64,000 nucleotides of DNA from Octopus sinensis (Eukaryota), in assembly GCF_006345805.1 (NCBI RefSeq), contig NC_042999.1, forward strand, positions 70,432,001 through 70,496,000, read 5' to 3'. The position numbers and the translations under genes were made by a program. Within the stretch, counting starts at the first letter, position 1. The number at the start of each line of letters is the position of its first letter. Below, one piece after another: positions 51,467-63,076 of the stretch. The notes under the pieces were generated by a model. It saw nothing but the letters and a program-made list of their open reading frames with translations, was not told where the DNA came from and ran no database searches.

Positions 51467-52394
51467 AAAAGTAAGAGAGATGGTGGCAATGTGCCAGGGC
51501 ATACTTTCAAGGTAGAAGGTGAATATAAATGGAATGGTAGAATAGTGCTCCACAACTCTTTTTCACTTGCGGCACACTTATATTCTTATCGAAATTCAGT
51601 GGCACACCTGAACTAAAAGTATAGGGGGGAAAATTATATTCAGGTTACACTGCAGCACACCTAGCATCATCTCATGGTACACCAGTGTACTGTGGCATAC
51701 CAGTTCTGGAGCACTGTGGTACAGGACTGCCCAGGGTGCATGAGTAGAGAGTTCACAAAAGTGTAAAAAGAGGAGAGAAGGGTGGGAAAGGGTGGAATGC
51801 AAGTGGGTGGTGAAACATGGATATATGGGAGAGCAACAGGATAGCAATGATACTGTTGGTTGTGAGGAGGACAGGATTACCTGCTGGATTGGGGAGATGA
51901 TGATATGTAACAGTAGAGAGATGGTGATATTTTTGCCAATAGAGAAATGATGTGATAGATGTGACAACAGAGAGATGATTCTGGATATCATGATGAGGGG
52001 TGAGTGAGAGAATAGAGAAGACGTGGTATATGTGACAACCAATTATCCATGTAACAGTAAGGAGATGGTTCTAGATGTAACGGTAGAGAAGAGGTGAGAA
52101 ATGAGAGTAGGTGGTAGTAGAATGCATGGAACCTTGGGCTAGTGTTTTCTACTATAGATTCAGGTCGACCAAAGCCTTGCGAGTTGATTTGGGAAAGACT
52201 TGCCCCCCCTCCCCCATTTTCTCCCAAATTTGTTTATTTTTGTAATTTTTTTTTCTTTTTTGTCAAAAACCCCTGTTTTCGGATACGGGGCTTCCGGAAA
52301 ATTGCCAAAAATCGGCATTGTTAAATCCCCCCAAATTCTTCAATTTTAACTTTTTTCCCCAACACTAACCCTAATCCTAACTATAACTACAGAA

Positions 52395-52815
52395 CTCTTT
52401 CTCTTTTACTCTTTTACTCTTTTACTTGTTTCAGTCATTTGACTGCGGCCATGCTGGAGCACCGCCTTTAGTCGAGCAAATCGACCCCGGGGCTTATTCT
52501 TTGTAAGCCCAGTGCTTATTCTATTGGTCTCTTTTTGCCGAACTGCTAAGTAACGGGGACGTAAACACACCAGCATCGGTTGTCAAGCAATGCTTGGGAG
52601 ACAAACACAGACACACAAACACATACACACACATATATATATACATATATACGAGAGGCTTCTTTCAGTTTCCGTCTACCAAATCCACTCACAAGGCATT
52701 GGTCGGCCCGGGGCTATAGTAGAAGACACTTGCCCAAGGTGCCACGCAGTGAGACTGAAGCCGGAACCATGTGGTTGCTTAGCAAGCTACTTACCACACG
52801 GCCACTCCTGCGCCT
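52395..52815 (-). mobile_element. Full-length tRNA-headed SINE family A
   Basis: Head GGCGCAGGAGTGGCCGTGTGGTAAG..GGTTCCGGCTTCAGTCTC, internal (TG)n, tail of AAAAGAGT repeats. Confidence 0.88.
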
Positions 52816-52834
52816 GTTTTGAAATTTTTGTCCG

Positions 52835-52986
52835 ATTATTTACATTATTTATATTTGATTGATATATGTCCTCATCTTGTTTGTTGTTAACACAACGTTT
52901 CTGGTGGTATACCCTCCAGCCTTCATCGGGTGCCTTGGGGAAATTTCGAACCTGGGTTCTCATTCCTATAGTATTTTTCGATGTTG

Positions 52987-53045
<59 letters not shown>

Positions 53046-53420
53046 GTTATTATTATTATTATTATTCAGGTCACTGCCTGGAATTGAACTTGGAATCTTG
53101 GGGTTAGTAGCCCGCGCTCTTAACCACTACGCCATATGCCCGTGGGCATATGGCATAGTGGTTAAGAGCGTGGGCTACTAACCCCAAGATTCTGAGTTCG
53201 ATTCCAAGCAGTGACTTGAATAATAATAAGGAGAAGAAGAAGAATACCAACAACAACATCGAAAAATACCTCAAGAATGAGAACCCAGGTTCGAAATTTC
53301 CCCCGATGAAGGCTGGAGGGTATATAGCCAAAATGTGTTAACAACAAACAAGATGAGGACAAATATCCATCAAATGTAAATAATGTACATAATTCCTCAT
53401 CTCTTAAATATAGAACTGTA
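52835..53420. mobile_element. Palindromic element: back-to-back tRNA-like heads, (ATT)n spacers, hammerhead-like motifs and a Penelope-shared terminus
   Basis: Arms 52835-53141 and 53144-53393 are reverse complements about GCCATATGCCC-GT-GGGCATATGGC. A box 53151-53161, B box 53195-53205. Last 54 bp are identical to 1289-1342. Confidence 0.85.
52889..52934 (-). ncRNA. Decayed minimal type I hammerhead ribozyme motif (left arm); counterpart at 53303-53339 on +
   Basis: GGCAC-CCGATGA-AGGCTGGAGGGTATACCACCA-GAAAC-GTT-GTGTT: stem I GGCAC/GTGTT, core with U4C, palindromic AACGTT helix III. Stem II is damaged in this copy. Confidence 0.6.
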
Positions 53421-55627
53421 TTTTTGTCTGAATCATAATGTCCGTATTTTTCTGCATATTTAGAAAAATATTCTTTAAAAAAAATTTTACAAAAATTTTG
53501 GAAACCTCAAGAAACTACAATTCTGACTCTGATCCTCAATTACAGAATCTAAGTGTTAACTCCTATCCTATAACTTCGTTTTATTACTTATTTTATAAAC
53601 CTTATTTATCACTCTAGTACCATCCTTCTCTAAAACGAAAAGGATTCTCTCTTCCAATTCCACTCACCCTAACAATGAACAAAACTTCAAAGGGTACTTT
53701 ACTCATAGTAAGAATTAAAGAACATCTCTAAACTTGCTTTTTTAAATTTTTTTCACATAAATATCAACACAATACAAGTGCTAACTAGATGCCTGATTAC
53801 TTTCATAAACTCCTTTTCCTGTACAGATTAACTCAAAATAAGATTTTACTAACCATTTCTCTTCACAAACTATCACTAAACCTATTCCCAGCCTTCAACT
53901 GACACCCTCAAGCTAGACACTTTATTAATCCTTAATTTTTCACCTGATCCCACTTATCTCCTATGGAGCTATTAAATCCTTTACACCTTATACCCTTATA
54001 TAGCTAAATGGACATGTATAAATCTTGGTAGATATGCAGTCTTACACAACCTCTTTTCCCATCCTTCTCCTTTATCTTAGTTATCTGACTACCAAGCTTA
54101 AAATGTCTATCTCCATCAAGGTCCTTGTACATTCATTAATCAACCTAAATTCATTGAAATTAATTACCAGAGTGTTTTAATATAGAGCCTCATACACCAC
54201 TTGTAATCTTACAATTCTGTTATTAATTTACTACAAACTTCTGATAATTATACTAAACTCAGTTATCATACTAATTAGAACATTTCACCTTTCTCTAATC
54301 AAATATTCCTACTATAATTCATAAGATAAAAAATATACATATGCCTCCTTTGAGCTACATGCTATAGTATTCATAGTAGTTTTAATCATCTGTTATAAGA
54401 AATACCATAATTCTTATTGACCTACCATCCTGTTTGAATCTCTTTTGAATAATTAACACTTCTATTTGTATTTTGCCTGTTCATTCTATATTTTGAGACC
54501 ACAAAGGAGTAAGAATGTTTCCTCTTCACATCATCTGCAAAATGACACTGGATAAGTGAAACCAGTTTCAAGGAGATGGTCGTGAACAGTCAATCAAATA
54601 AGAAAGAGGAGCCAGTCAAACTGTTGATACTTTTATAGACTATGGCCTATACCTTGCTCCTTATGTGTGTGTCATGCAGTACTAGGTTTTGGCTTAAGAG
54701 AGAAACACTTTATTGATTTTTAACCCAGTTACTGCAGACTTGTTATTAAAGGTCTTCCTCAATAGTTTTTCTGTTAATTGATCCAGATTTAGTGTATCCA
54801 AAATGTCTTTTAGGTTTAGGCTACTTAATAAAATCTTTTGTTGCCAACAAAGAAAGACAACATCTCTTTGGCCAAGGGAGCCTCTACAGTGTCACTTGAT
54901 CTGTTAGAAATACCTACCAAATTTCTCTCCAGTCTTACCGTAAGTCTTAGAAAAAAAGATAGTATATTGGTTAATAGAGACATATCTGAAAGAAAAAAGA
55001 AGGAAAGTCATGGATGGAATTTTTCAAATCGTGGGTCAGAGCTGATCTAAACAACATTTCTCTCTAAAATACTTCAACTCCTACTTTACCTTAGCTACCT
55101 ACTTTTGCTATAATCACATGAACTGGTCAGTCTACATTACTCTGTAGGAGCAGAGGGCTGGTTTCCTGGCATGTATATTCGTCCCTGGACAGGACACCAG
55201 TCTGTTACAGGATTACTCATTTTTATCAGCTGAATGAACTGGAGTAATGTGAAATGAAGTGCTTTCCTCAAGAATCCAATACATTGCCTGGTCCAGAAAT
55301 TGAAACCACAAACTTATGATCCAACACCCTAACCACTATGCCATGCACCTCTGAACTAGGTAACAATAACTATCTGCTACACCTACCTAAACAACTCATC
55401 AGACACTGAACTCCATTTCATGAATGTTCCTACTGTAGTATATCCTCATGCATCTAGCTCAGCAAAAGTCCTAAACTGGTAAATTACTAGATTCACAAAC
55501 TGACTTGCTGTGCAAGGCCATAAGTTGGAGGGTCAACTTTAGAAATGAGCAAGTATCTCCATTGTGCCAAATTTGTATTGGATTTGACAAAACTATTGCT
55601 CATATTTATGAATGAATGTCTTCCACT

Positions 55628-56052
55628 CAGGGCCGGATTAAGACCTATAGAGGCCCTAAGCACTGAGAAGGTTTTGGTACCCTCATATTTAGATGGTTCA
55701 AAATGTAAAATGTAATAACCCATCAAGTAAATTTTTATTTTTCAAAATGAAACAAAATTAATAGTAAGATAGAAAATAATGTTTGTTTTTGTATGCTTCC
55801 ACTTTATTTATATTTGAAGTTTTCTCCTTCGTTTTTTTTTTTAATTGCAAAGTCTTCAATAATATTGTTAAAATTAATTTTATGTAAAATTTCTGCTTCT
55901 ATACTTAGTAGAGATAAGGTATTACAAATATTATTTTAGCAAGTTTAAAGTGATTTCTTTCATGCCATAAACCATTTTCATTTCTGTAATGCCCCCAACC
56001 CCTTGATGCTCTAAGCATGTGCTTATTTTGTTTAATGGCTAATCCAGCACTG
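55628..56052 (-). mobile_element. hAT deletion derivative
   Basis: Terminal repeats CAGGGCCGGATT / AATCCAGCACTG; perfect 8-bp TSD CTTCCACT; internal SIEAEILHKINFNNIIEDFA resembles a hAT transposase C-terminus. Confidence 0.9.
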
Positions 56053-56060
56053 CTTCCACT

Positions 56061-56820
56061 TGATGTCTTGCAAACAACTTGCACATGCAAGTGCTACCAG
56101 TCAAAAGCTCCGTATACCGGAAGCCAGCAAGTGTATGGGGTCATCAGGAGAGAATGTGCGCTGTTTCGGGGCCTACCTGTTGACGGCATCAATGCGCACC
56201 AGCCCCCCTCACTGATATGAGGCCCCGCTTGCTAGATCAGCTGGTTATAAAGTTAAACTCAATATCCTTCTAGCTATCGCTCATCGTCTCTTTTTAACCA
56301 AATCCAGTGGCTAGCCTTCTCCACTGTAGATTGGATATCAGTCATAGTGGTATTGACTTTACGATGAGTTAGGCCTAGCAATAACAACAGTCGTCTCACG
56401 CTGTGTCCAACCAACAAACCCTCTACATCCGACTCCAACCAACAAACCCTCTACATCCGACTTCAATAGGAAAATGTTCCGCTTTCCAGCCTGCGTCTTC
56501 ACATTCCTCGGGGAGGTTTACATAACGGTTCAATTTTCGAGCCTGAGCAGCGTCCATATTATCTTCATGAGGAACCGTTAGCTCGACTATATTTACAACT
56601 TTCTTTCTTTCACACCACATCAAAATATCTGGTTTTTTCGTAACTGGAATAGGAAAGAAAACCTGGCACCCAGGTAAATCTGCAGTTACCTCCCAATAGC
56701 CGTTCCACTTTTCATTTCTCTCAGGAAATTTCTTGATCTTCTTGAAACGGATCCGCTGACCTGGTCGCACGAAGGTAATGAAATCTCTTGATGGTACTTT
56801 CAACATAAGTTGTGGTGATG
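56061..56820 (-). mobile_element. Hero/R2-group non-LTR retrotransposon 3' end (restriction-like endonuclease plus 3' UTR)
   Basis: KPDILMW..IVELTVPHEDN..RKLNRY..PIEVGCRGF, then EKASHWIWLKR. Confidence 0.85.
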
Positions 56821-56822
56821 TC

Positions 56823-57090
56823 ATGAAGTAGCAAAAGTTGAATAGGAAACTGAAAAGTTGGGGTTAGAGAGAGGCAAGGCATGGTATGAACACAAACCAC
56901 AGAGAGTGACTAAAGCAGAGTCTTGCAGAATTCTGTGGGGTTTGCCAATCCAAATGGACCAGGTGCTTGAGCATAACATGCTTGACCTAATGGTGGGTAT
57001 GATAAATGACATGTGCTCTAAAACTGATTCTGTATGCCCATTTGACCCATGAATAGTTGAGAAGGAAAGCAAAAAAATAGACATATGCAA
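56823..57090 (+). mobile_element. R4/Dong-like RLE LINE fragment
   Basis: WYEHKPQRV..CRILWGLPIQMDQVLEHN..CPFD, similar to WYEHxP..KILWDFxIQTDxxLEHNRPD. Confidence 0.7.
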
Positions 57091-58112
57091 TATATCTCAT
57101 ATATGAGATAACTCAACTATGGAAGAGGAAAAAGGTGAAGGTAATGTCAATTATTGTTGGGGTAATTATTTTAATAAAGAAATCTACCTGATGATGAACC
57201 ATTTTTCATATGGTCCAAATCTCATAGAACGTTGCATATGCCTGCTTTACATGATCACTCAACTGCTAAAAATAGCAGCCGAATATCACTCAACTTATAT
57301 CCTGTCATTTTATATGTAGTATGTTGTAGTCCTATGACACTGACAGTTAAAAAAGGGGAAAAAAACAAGCAAACAGGTTGGTTATGGTTTGAATGCCTTT
57401 AGTCACACGTCTGTTCAATTCAGGCTTGACCTGAGATTGAACGACAGCATTCAAAGTAATGAAATATTATGCAGAATTCAGGGCATGGTGTGAACCTCAC
57501 GCCTCCTCTCCCACCACCTCCACAGGAAATTGAGGTGGTAACACTGATGTAATACTAGACTACTAAATAATTCAAAATGTCTGCATGTAGATATCACAGA
57601 TAAAAAAAAGACACTGGGCCATGAAATAGCTTCTTGTATTTAAATTCATTTGTGCATAAAAAAACATATTTTCTATGTGGCATTGTATGACATACAATAC
57701 TAAAATCAACAGGCAAGCAATTCTCATAGCTAAAAAAATTAATATGTGACTACTGGTATAAAAATCTAATGATCAAAATTTCACTGTGACAAACAAATCA
57801 ACACAGGACTGCTGACATATGGAGCTAACAGTAAAAAAATCTTTTGTAGGGAAGTCTACGTGATTTCAACAAGTATATAAGAAACAGCACAAATGCAAAT
57901 ATATTCAATTCTTGGAAATGAGACTGAATGTCAGGAAAAGTTAAATAGTTTAAGAACTTTATAACTTAATGGCTCCAAACACAGTAAAAAAGCTTAGAAG
58001 AAAATATGAAAAATCTAAAATAAAAAAGACAAAACTTGAATACAGTTGTGTATTCAATGAAGTATGTGTGTGTGTGTGTGTATGTGTGTTTGTGCATGCA
58101 AGCATGTGTATG

Positions 58113-59837
58113 CATCATCATCATCATCATCATTTAATATCCACTTTCCATGCTGGCATGGGTTGGATGGTTTGGCTGAAAACTGGGAGGCTGCACCAAG
58201 TTCCGATCTGAATTTGGCAAGGTTTCTATGGCTGGATGCCCTTCCTAACACTAACCTTTCTGAAAGTGTAGGGGGTGTTTTTATATGTGCCACCGGCATG
58301 AGTGCCAATAACTTGACAATGGCATTGGTCATGACTACAGTCTTACTTGGCTTGACAGGTATACAGAAGCACAGTATATCACCTGTTATTGCCCCCATGA
58401 GGCCCGAAGTTCAAATGGTGCTTTTTATATGCTACCAGTACATGTGCCAGTCAGACAGGACTGGCATTGGCCATGACTGCAATTTCAGTCAGTTCAACAG
58501 ATCTTCACAAGCACAGTATATTGCCCAACAAGTCAGTTACATGACACTGGCATCGGCCACAACTACAATCTCACTTGGCTTGACATCACAGCTTGCATGA
58601 AGCCCAACGCTCGAATAATGTTTTTTACAAGCCACTGGCATGGTGCCAGTCAGATGGCACTAACATCAGCCATGACTACAATTTCACTCAGTTTGACAGG
58701 TCTTCATAAGCACAACGATTGAAGGGTGCTTTTAATGAGCCAGTTATGTGACACTGGCACTGGTCACAACTATCATCTCACTTGGCTTGTAGCATCAGCC
58801 ATCACTACAATCTCACTTGTTGTTAAGCAACAAGACGGGTAAGGGTGATTAGGTGATGGTCTAGGGCTTAGGGGCGGGAGACCCCAGACCTTGAAAAGAA
58901 AAAACTTTGGTCATCTTGTAGTTGAGGGCTCTTCGGTGACACCCAACACCACTGGGAGGTGGCCCTCGAAGTCACTGGAAATGGAGATCTCCAGGTCCAA
59001 ATTCTTGAATGGCTACGATCTCACTTGGCTTCATAGGTCTTCTCAGGCAGGGCATATTTTCAAAGGTCTCAGTTGCTTGTCATTGCCTCTGTGAGGCCAA
59101 ACATTCAAAGATCGTACTTTACCACCTCATCCCATGTCTTCCTGAGTCTACCTCTTCCACAGGTTCCCTCCACCATTTGAGTGCAACACTTCTTCACACA
59201 CCTGTCCTCATCCATATGCATCACATGACCATGCCAGTGCAGTCATCTCTTTTGCATACCACATCTGATGCTCCTTATATCCAACTTTTCTTTCAGGATG
59301 CTTACACTCTGTTGTGCATGCACACTGACATTACACATCCAGCGGAGCATACTAACTTCATTTCTTACAAGCCTACGCATGTCCTTAGCAGTCGCAACCC
59401 ATGTTTCAGTGCTATGTAGCATGGCTGTTCATACACAGGCATCATACATTCTGCCTTTCACTCTGAGCAAGAGATCCATTGTTGCCAGCAGAGGTAGGAG
59501 TTCTCTGAACTTTGCCCAGCCTATTCTTATTCTAGCAACTACACTCTCAGAGTATCCACCCCTGCTACTGACTTGGTCACCTAGGTAATGGCTGCTATCA
59601 ATTACTTCTAGTTTTTTCCCCCTGGCATGTGATGGAATCTATTTTCTGTACATTTTTGGCGTTCATTGTACTTGTGCACTTTCCACACACAAACTATCTT
59701 CCTTGCTAAACTTCCTCTGATATCGCTGTGCCTCTTATATGCCCATAGCTTACACTGATCTTATGGAGTTCCTACCTACGCCTTTTCCACAGATCAAACA
59801 GGGCCATCTGCCTAAAGATATTTGTGATTTGTCCACC
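58113..59837 (-). mobile_element. 5'-truncated RTE LINE with long subrepeated 3' UTR
   Basis: Reverse-complement homolog of 60875-62366; (CAT)n tail at 58113. Confidence 0.88.
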
Positions 59838-59872
59838 ATCTATGTATGTATGTATGTATGTATGTATCTATA

Positions 59873-59964
<92 letters not shown>

Positions 59965-60200
59965 CACACACACACACACACACACGCCAGCATGAACAAC
60001 GGACATTAAGTGATGATGATATATATATATATATATAATGTACATATACACACACATATATGCATATATATGTACATATAAAGAAAATAAGACAAAGTAG
60101 AAAATGCTAAAATAATTTTATCATGAAATACATTTATATATGCATGTACATATATATATATATATATAAATGATATAAATGATATATATATATATATATA

Positions 60201-60543
60201 TAAAATAGAAGTTGAAAATGCACTGAGAATAGTTAAAATTACTTTTTATTAATATATTTAAAGCTTTAACTGGCTTTGCAGTTTACACTTATTTTCAAAA
60301 AGTTCATATAGAAATATGTGACTTATGTCATAGCTTTCTTGCTTCTGACTACTGTTTGAAACTTGCCCTAAAAATAAGGCAAGCTTCAAACACAAGTCAG
60401 AAGCAAGACAGCTGTGACGTCAGCCACATGCTTCTATTTGAACATTTTGAAAATCATTGTAAACTGCAAAACCGGTTAAAGCTTTAAATATATTAATAAA
60501 AAGTATTTTAACTATTCTCAGTGCATTTTCAACTTATATTTTA
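60201..60543. repeat. Imperfect ~343-bp palindrome
   Basis: Arms pair from TAAAATAGAAGTTGAAAATGCACTGAG to CTCAGTGCATTTTCAACTTATATTTTA; centre CTTGCC-loop-GGCAAG at about 60372. Confidence 0.9.
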
Positions 60544-60874
60544 GCTATATTTCTACCTGTGTGGAATAAAATAACTTTGTTTTTTAGATCATCATATATA
60601 ACCCTCTGGCTGGTAACTGATGAAGAATTGGTGACCTTCTGTGTTTTCTGTCCGTCTGTGTCTGTGTTTTTAGTATATGTTCATTTATTTGTTTTTTTAA
60701 TTATATATATAGGTAGGTCATATTTTCTATTTGTTGTCTTTTTATTTAATCCTGGAAATATATATATATATCACCATCACCATGACAAACCAGGCTATCA
60801 GATGTTGCTACACATCGCTGGTCACAATGCGCTTCGCATTGTTTTAGCCTTCAAGTGATGCCACCCCGCTGGCT

Positions 60875-62366
60875 AAGTAGGAAGGTAGACAAAGCATAAA
60901 CCCTTTCAGGTAGATGGCCCTGCTCAATCTGTAGAAAAGGTGTAGGTAGAAACTCTATAAGATGTACCCAGTGTAAGCTATGGACACATAAGAGGTGCAG
61001 CGATATCAAAGGAAAGCTAACTGGGAAGATAGTTTTTGTATGCTCAGGAGCAATAAACACTGTAAAGGTGCAGAGACCAAATTCCGCCACATTCCAGGGA
61101 GAAAAACTAGAAGTAGTTCATAGCTTCCGTTACCAAGGTGACCAAGTCAGTAGCGGGGGCGGGTGCGCTGAAAGTGTAGCTACTAGAATAAGAATAGCTT
61201 GGGCAAAGTTCAGGGAGCTCTTACCTCTGCTGGTGACAAAGGGCCTCTCACTCAGAGTAAAAGGTAGACTGTATGACGCTTGTGTACGAACAGCCATGCT
61301 ACATGGCAGTGAAACATGGGCTGTGACTGCTGAGGATATGCGTAAGCTTGCAAGGAATGAAGCCAGTATGATCCGATGGATGTGTAATGTCAGTGTGCAT
61401 ACTCGACAGAGTGTAAGTGCCTTGAGAGAAAAGTTGGACCTAAGAAGCATTAGATGTGGTGTGCAAGAGAGACGACTGCACTGGTATGGTCATGGGGCGA
61501 GAACGGATGAGGATAGCTGTGTGAAAAAGTGCCACACCTTAATGGTTGAGGGAACCTGTGGAAGAGGTAGATCCAGGAAGACCTGGGATGAAGTGGTGAA
61601 GCACGAACTTCGAACATTAGGCCTCACCAAGAAAATGACTAGCGACCGAAACTTTTGGAAATATGCTGTGCTTGAGAAGACCCGGCAAGCCAGATGAGAC
61701 CATAACCTGTGGCCTATGCCAGGAGCGTAACCAGCCTGCTTATGCATACCTTTTCCTTCTTTGGTCACTAAACTCTGCTTGCGAAGACCTGTTGAGGCAA
61801 GTGAAATCAGAATCAAAATCAAATTCAATGACTGGCATCCATGCTAGTGGGGTGCAAAGAGCACCATACGAGTGTGATCGTTTGACAGAGCAGCTAACCA
61901 GCTTCCCTGCCAGTGGCACATAAAAGGGTACCATTCGAGTGTGATTGTTACCAGCGTCGCCTTACTGGCACTTGTGCCCGTGCTAGTAGGGTGCCAAGAG
62001 CACCATCCGAGTGTGATCGTTGCCAGAGCAGCTAACTGGCTTCCATGCCGGTGGCACATAAAAGGGTACCATTTGAGCGTGATCATTACCAACATCACCT
62101 TACTGGCACCTGTGCTGGTGGCATGTGTAAAAAGATTCGAGCGAGGTCATTGCCAGTACCGCATTACTGGACCCCGTGCCGGTGGCACGTAAAAAGCACC
62201 CACTACACTCTCGGAGTTGTTGGCATTAGGAAGGGCATCCAGCTGTAGAAACTCTGCCAGATCAAGATTGGAGCCTGGTGCAGCCATCTGGTTCGCCAGC
62301 CCTCAGTTAAAATCGTCCAACCCATGCTAGCATGGAAAGTGGACGTTAAATGATGATGATGATGAT
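60875..62366 (+). mobile_element. 5'-truncated RTE LINE: Cys-rich insert, RT C-terminus (ORF 61068-61697) and 3' UTR ending (GAT)n
   Basis: [28 protein letters not shown]; LEVVHSFRYQG, LYDACVRTAMLHGSETW, ERRLHWYGH, GRGRSRKTW. Confidence 0.93.
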
Positions 62367-62957
62367 ATATACATATATATATGTAAATACATACATATAT
62401 ATATATATGTGTATATACATATATATATATGTATGTATATACATACACACACACACACACACATACATATATATATATGTTGTGTATATATGTATATATG
62501 TTGTCTTCAATTTTGTTTTTTTGTGAATTCTCCCTTTACAAACATATATGTTTGTATGTATTTATGTATGTATCCATCCATCCATCCATCTGGAGCTCCC
62601 GATCCAGATAAATCCATGTGAGTTAAGTTCATATCATCAGTATGGAAAATTGAAATGTGTGTGCATAATTCACTATTTCTGAACCAGAATATTTCCTCAT
62701 ATGTAATGGTTTCGTGGAGTTGCTGTTGTTAACCAAACATACTGATTAGTGAGTCTAAAATGAAGTGATATGCTGCTTGATGCATTTATTATGTGAACCA
62801 GGTTATACAAAACAAGCAGTTCACTTCACTGAGCATTTTCATTTGTGCCATTCTGATAAAAAAAATAAATAATAAATAAAGCAAGTGAAAACAAGATTTT
62901 AGTGATATTAAGTTAATTATTCTAATGATTTGCATACATATGTATGTGTGTGTGTGT

Positions 62958-62992
<35 letters not shown>

Positions 62993-63044
62993 CATATACA
63001 TACACACACACACACTCACACATATGTGTATATGTGTGTGTGTG

Positions 63045-63076
<32 letters not shown>

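Noticed and set aside
51287-51616. ER-repeat and LS-repeat ORFs
   Set aside because: Produced by a (GA)n microsatellite within a degenerate repeat.
53145-53218. Functional tRNA gene
   Set aside because: A and B boxes and an anticodon-like arm are present, but the acceptor stem pairs poorly, no oligo-T terminator follows, and it lies inside a repeat; treated as a tRNA-derived head.
56130-56200. CGAAAC and CTGATGA motifs in the RLE-LINE 3' UTR as a hammerhead
   Set aside because: Motif order and stems do not form a valid hammerhead topology.
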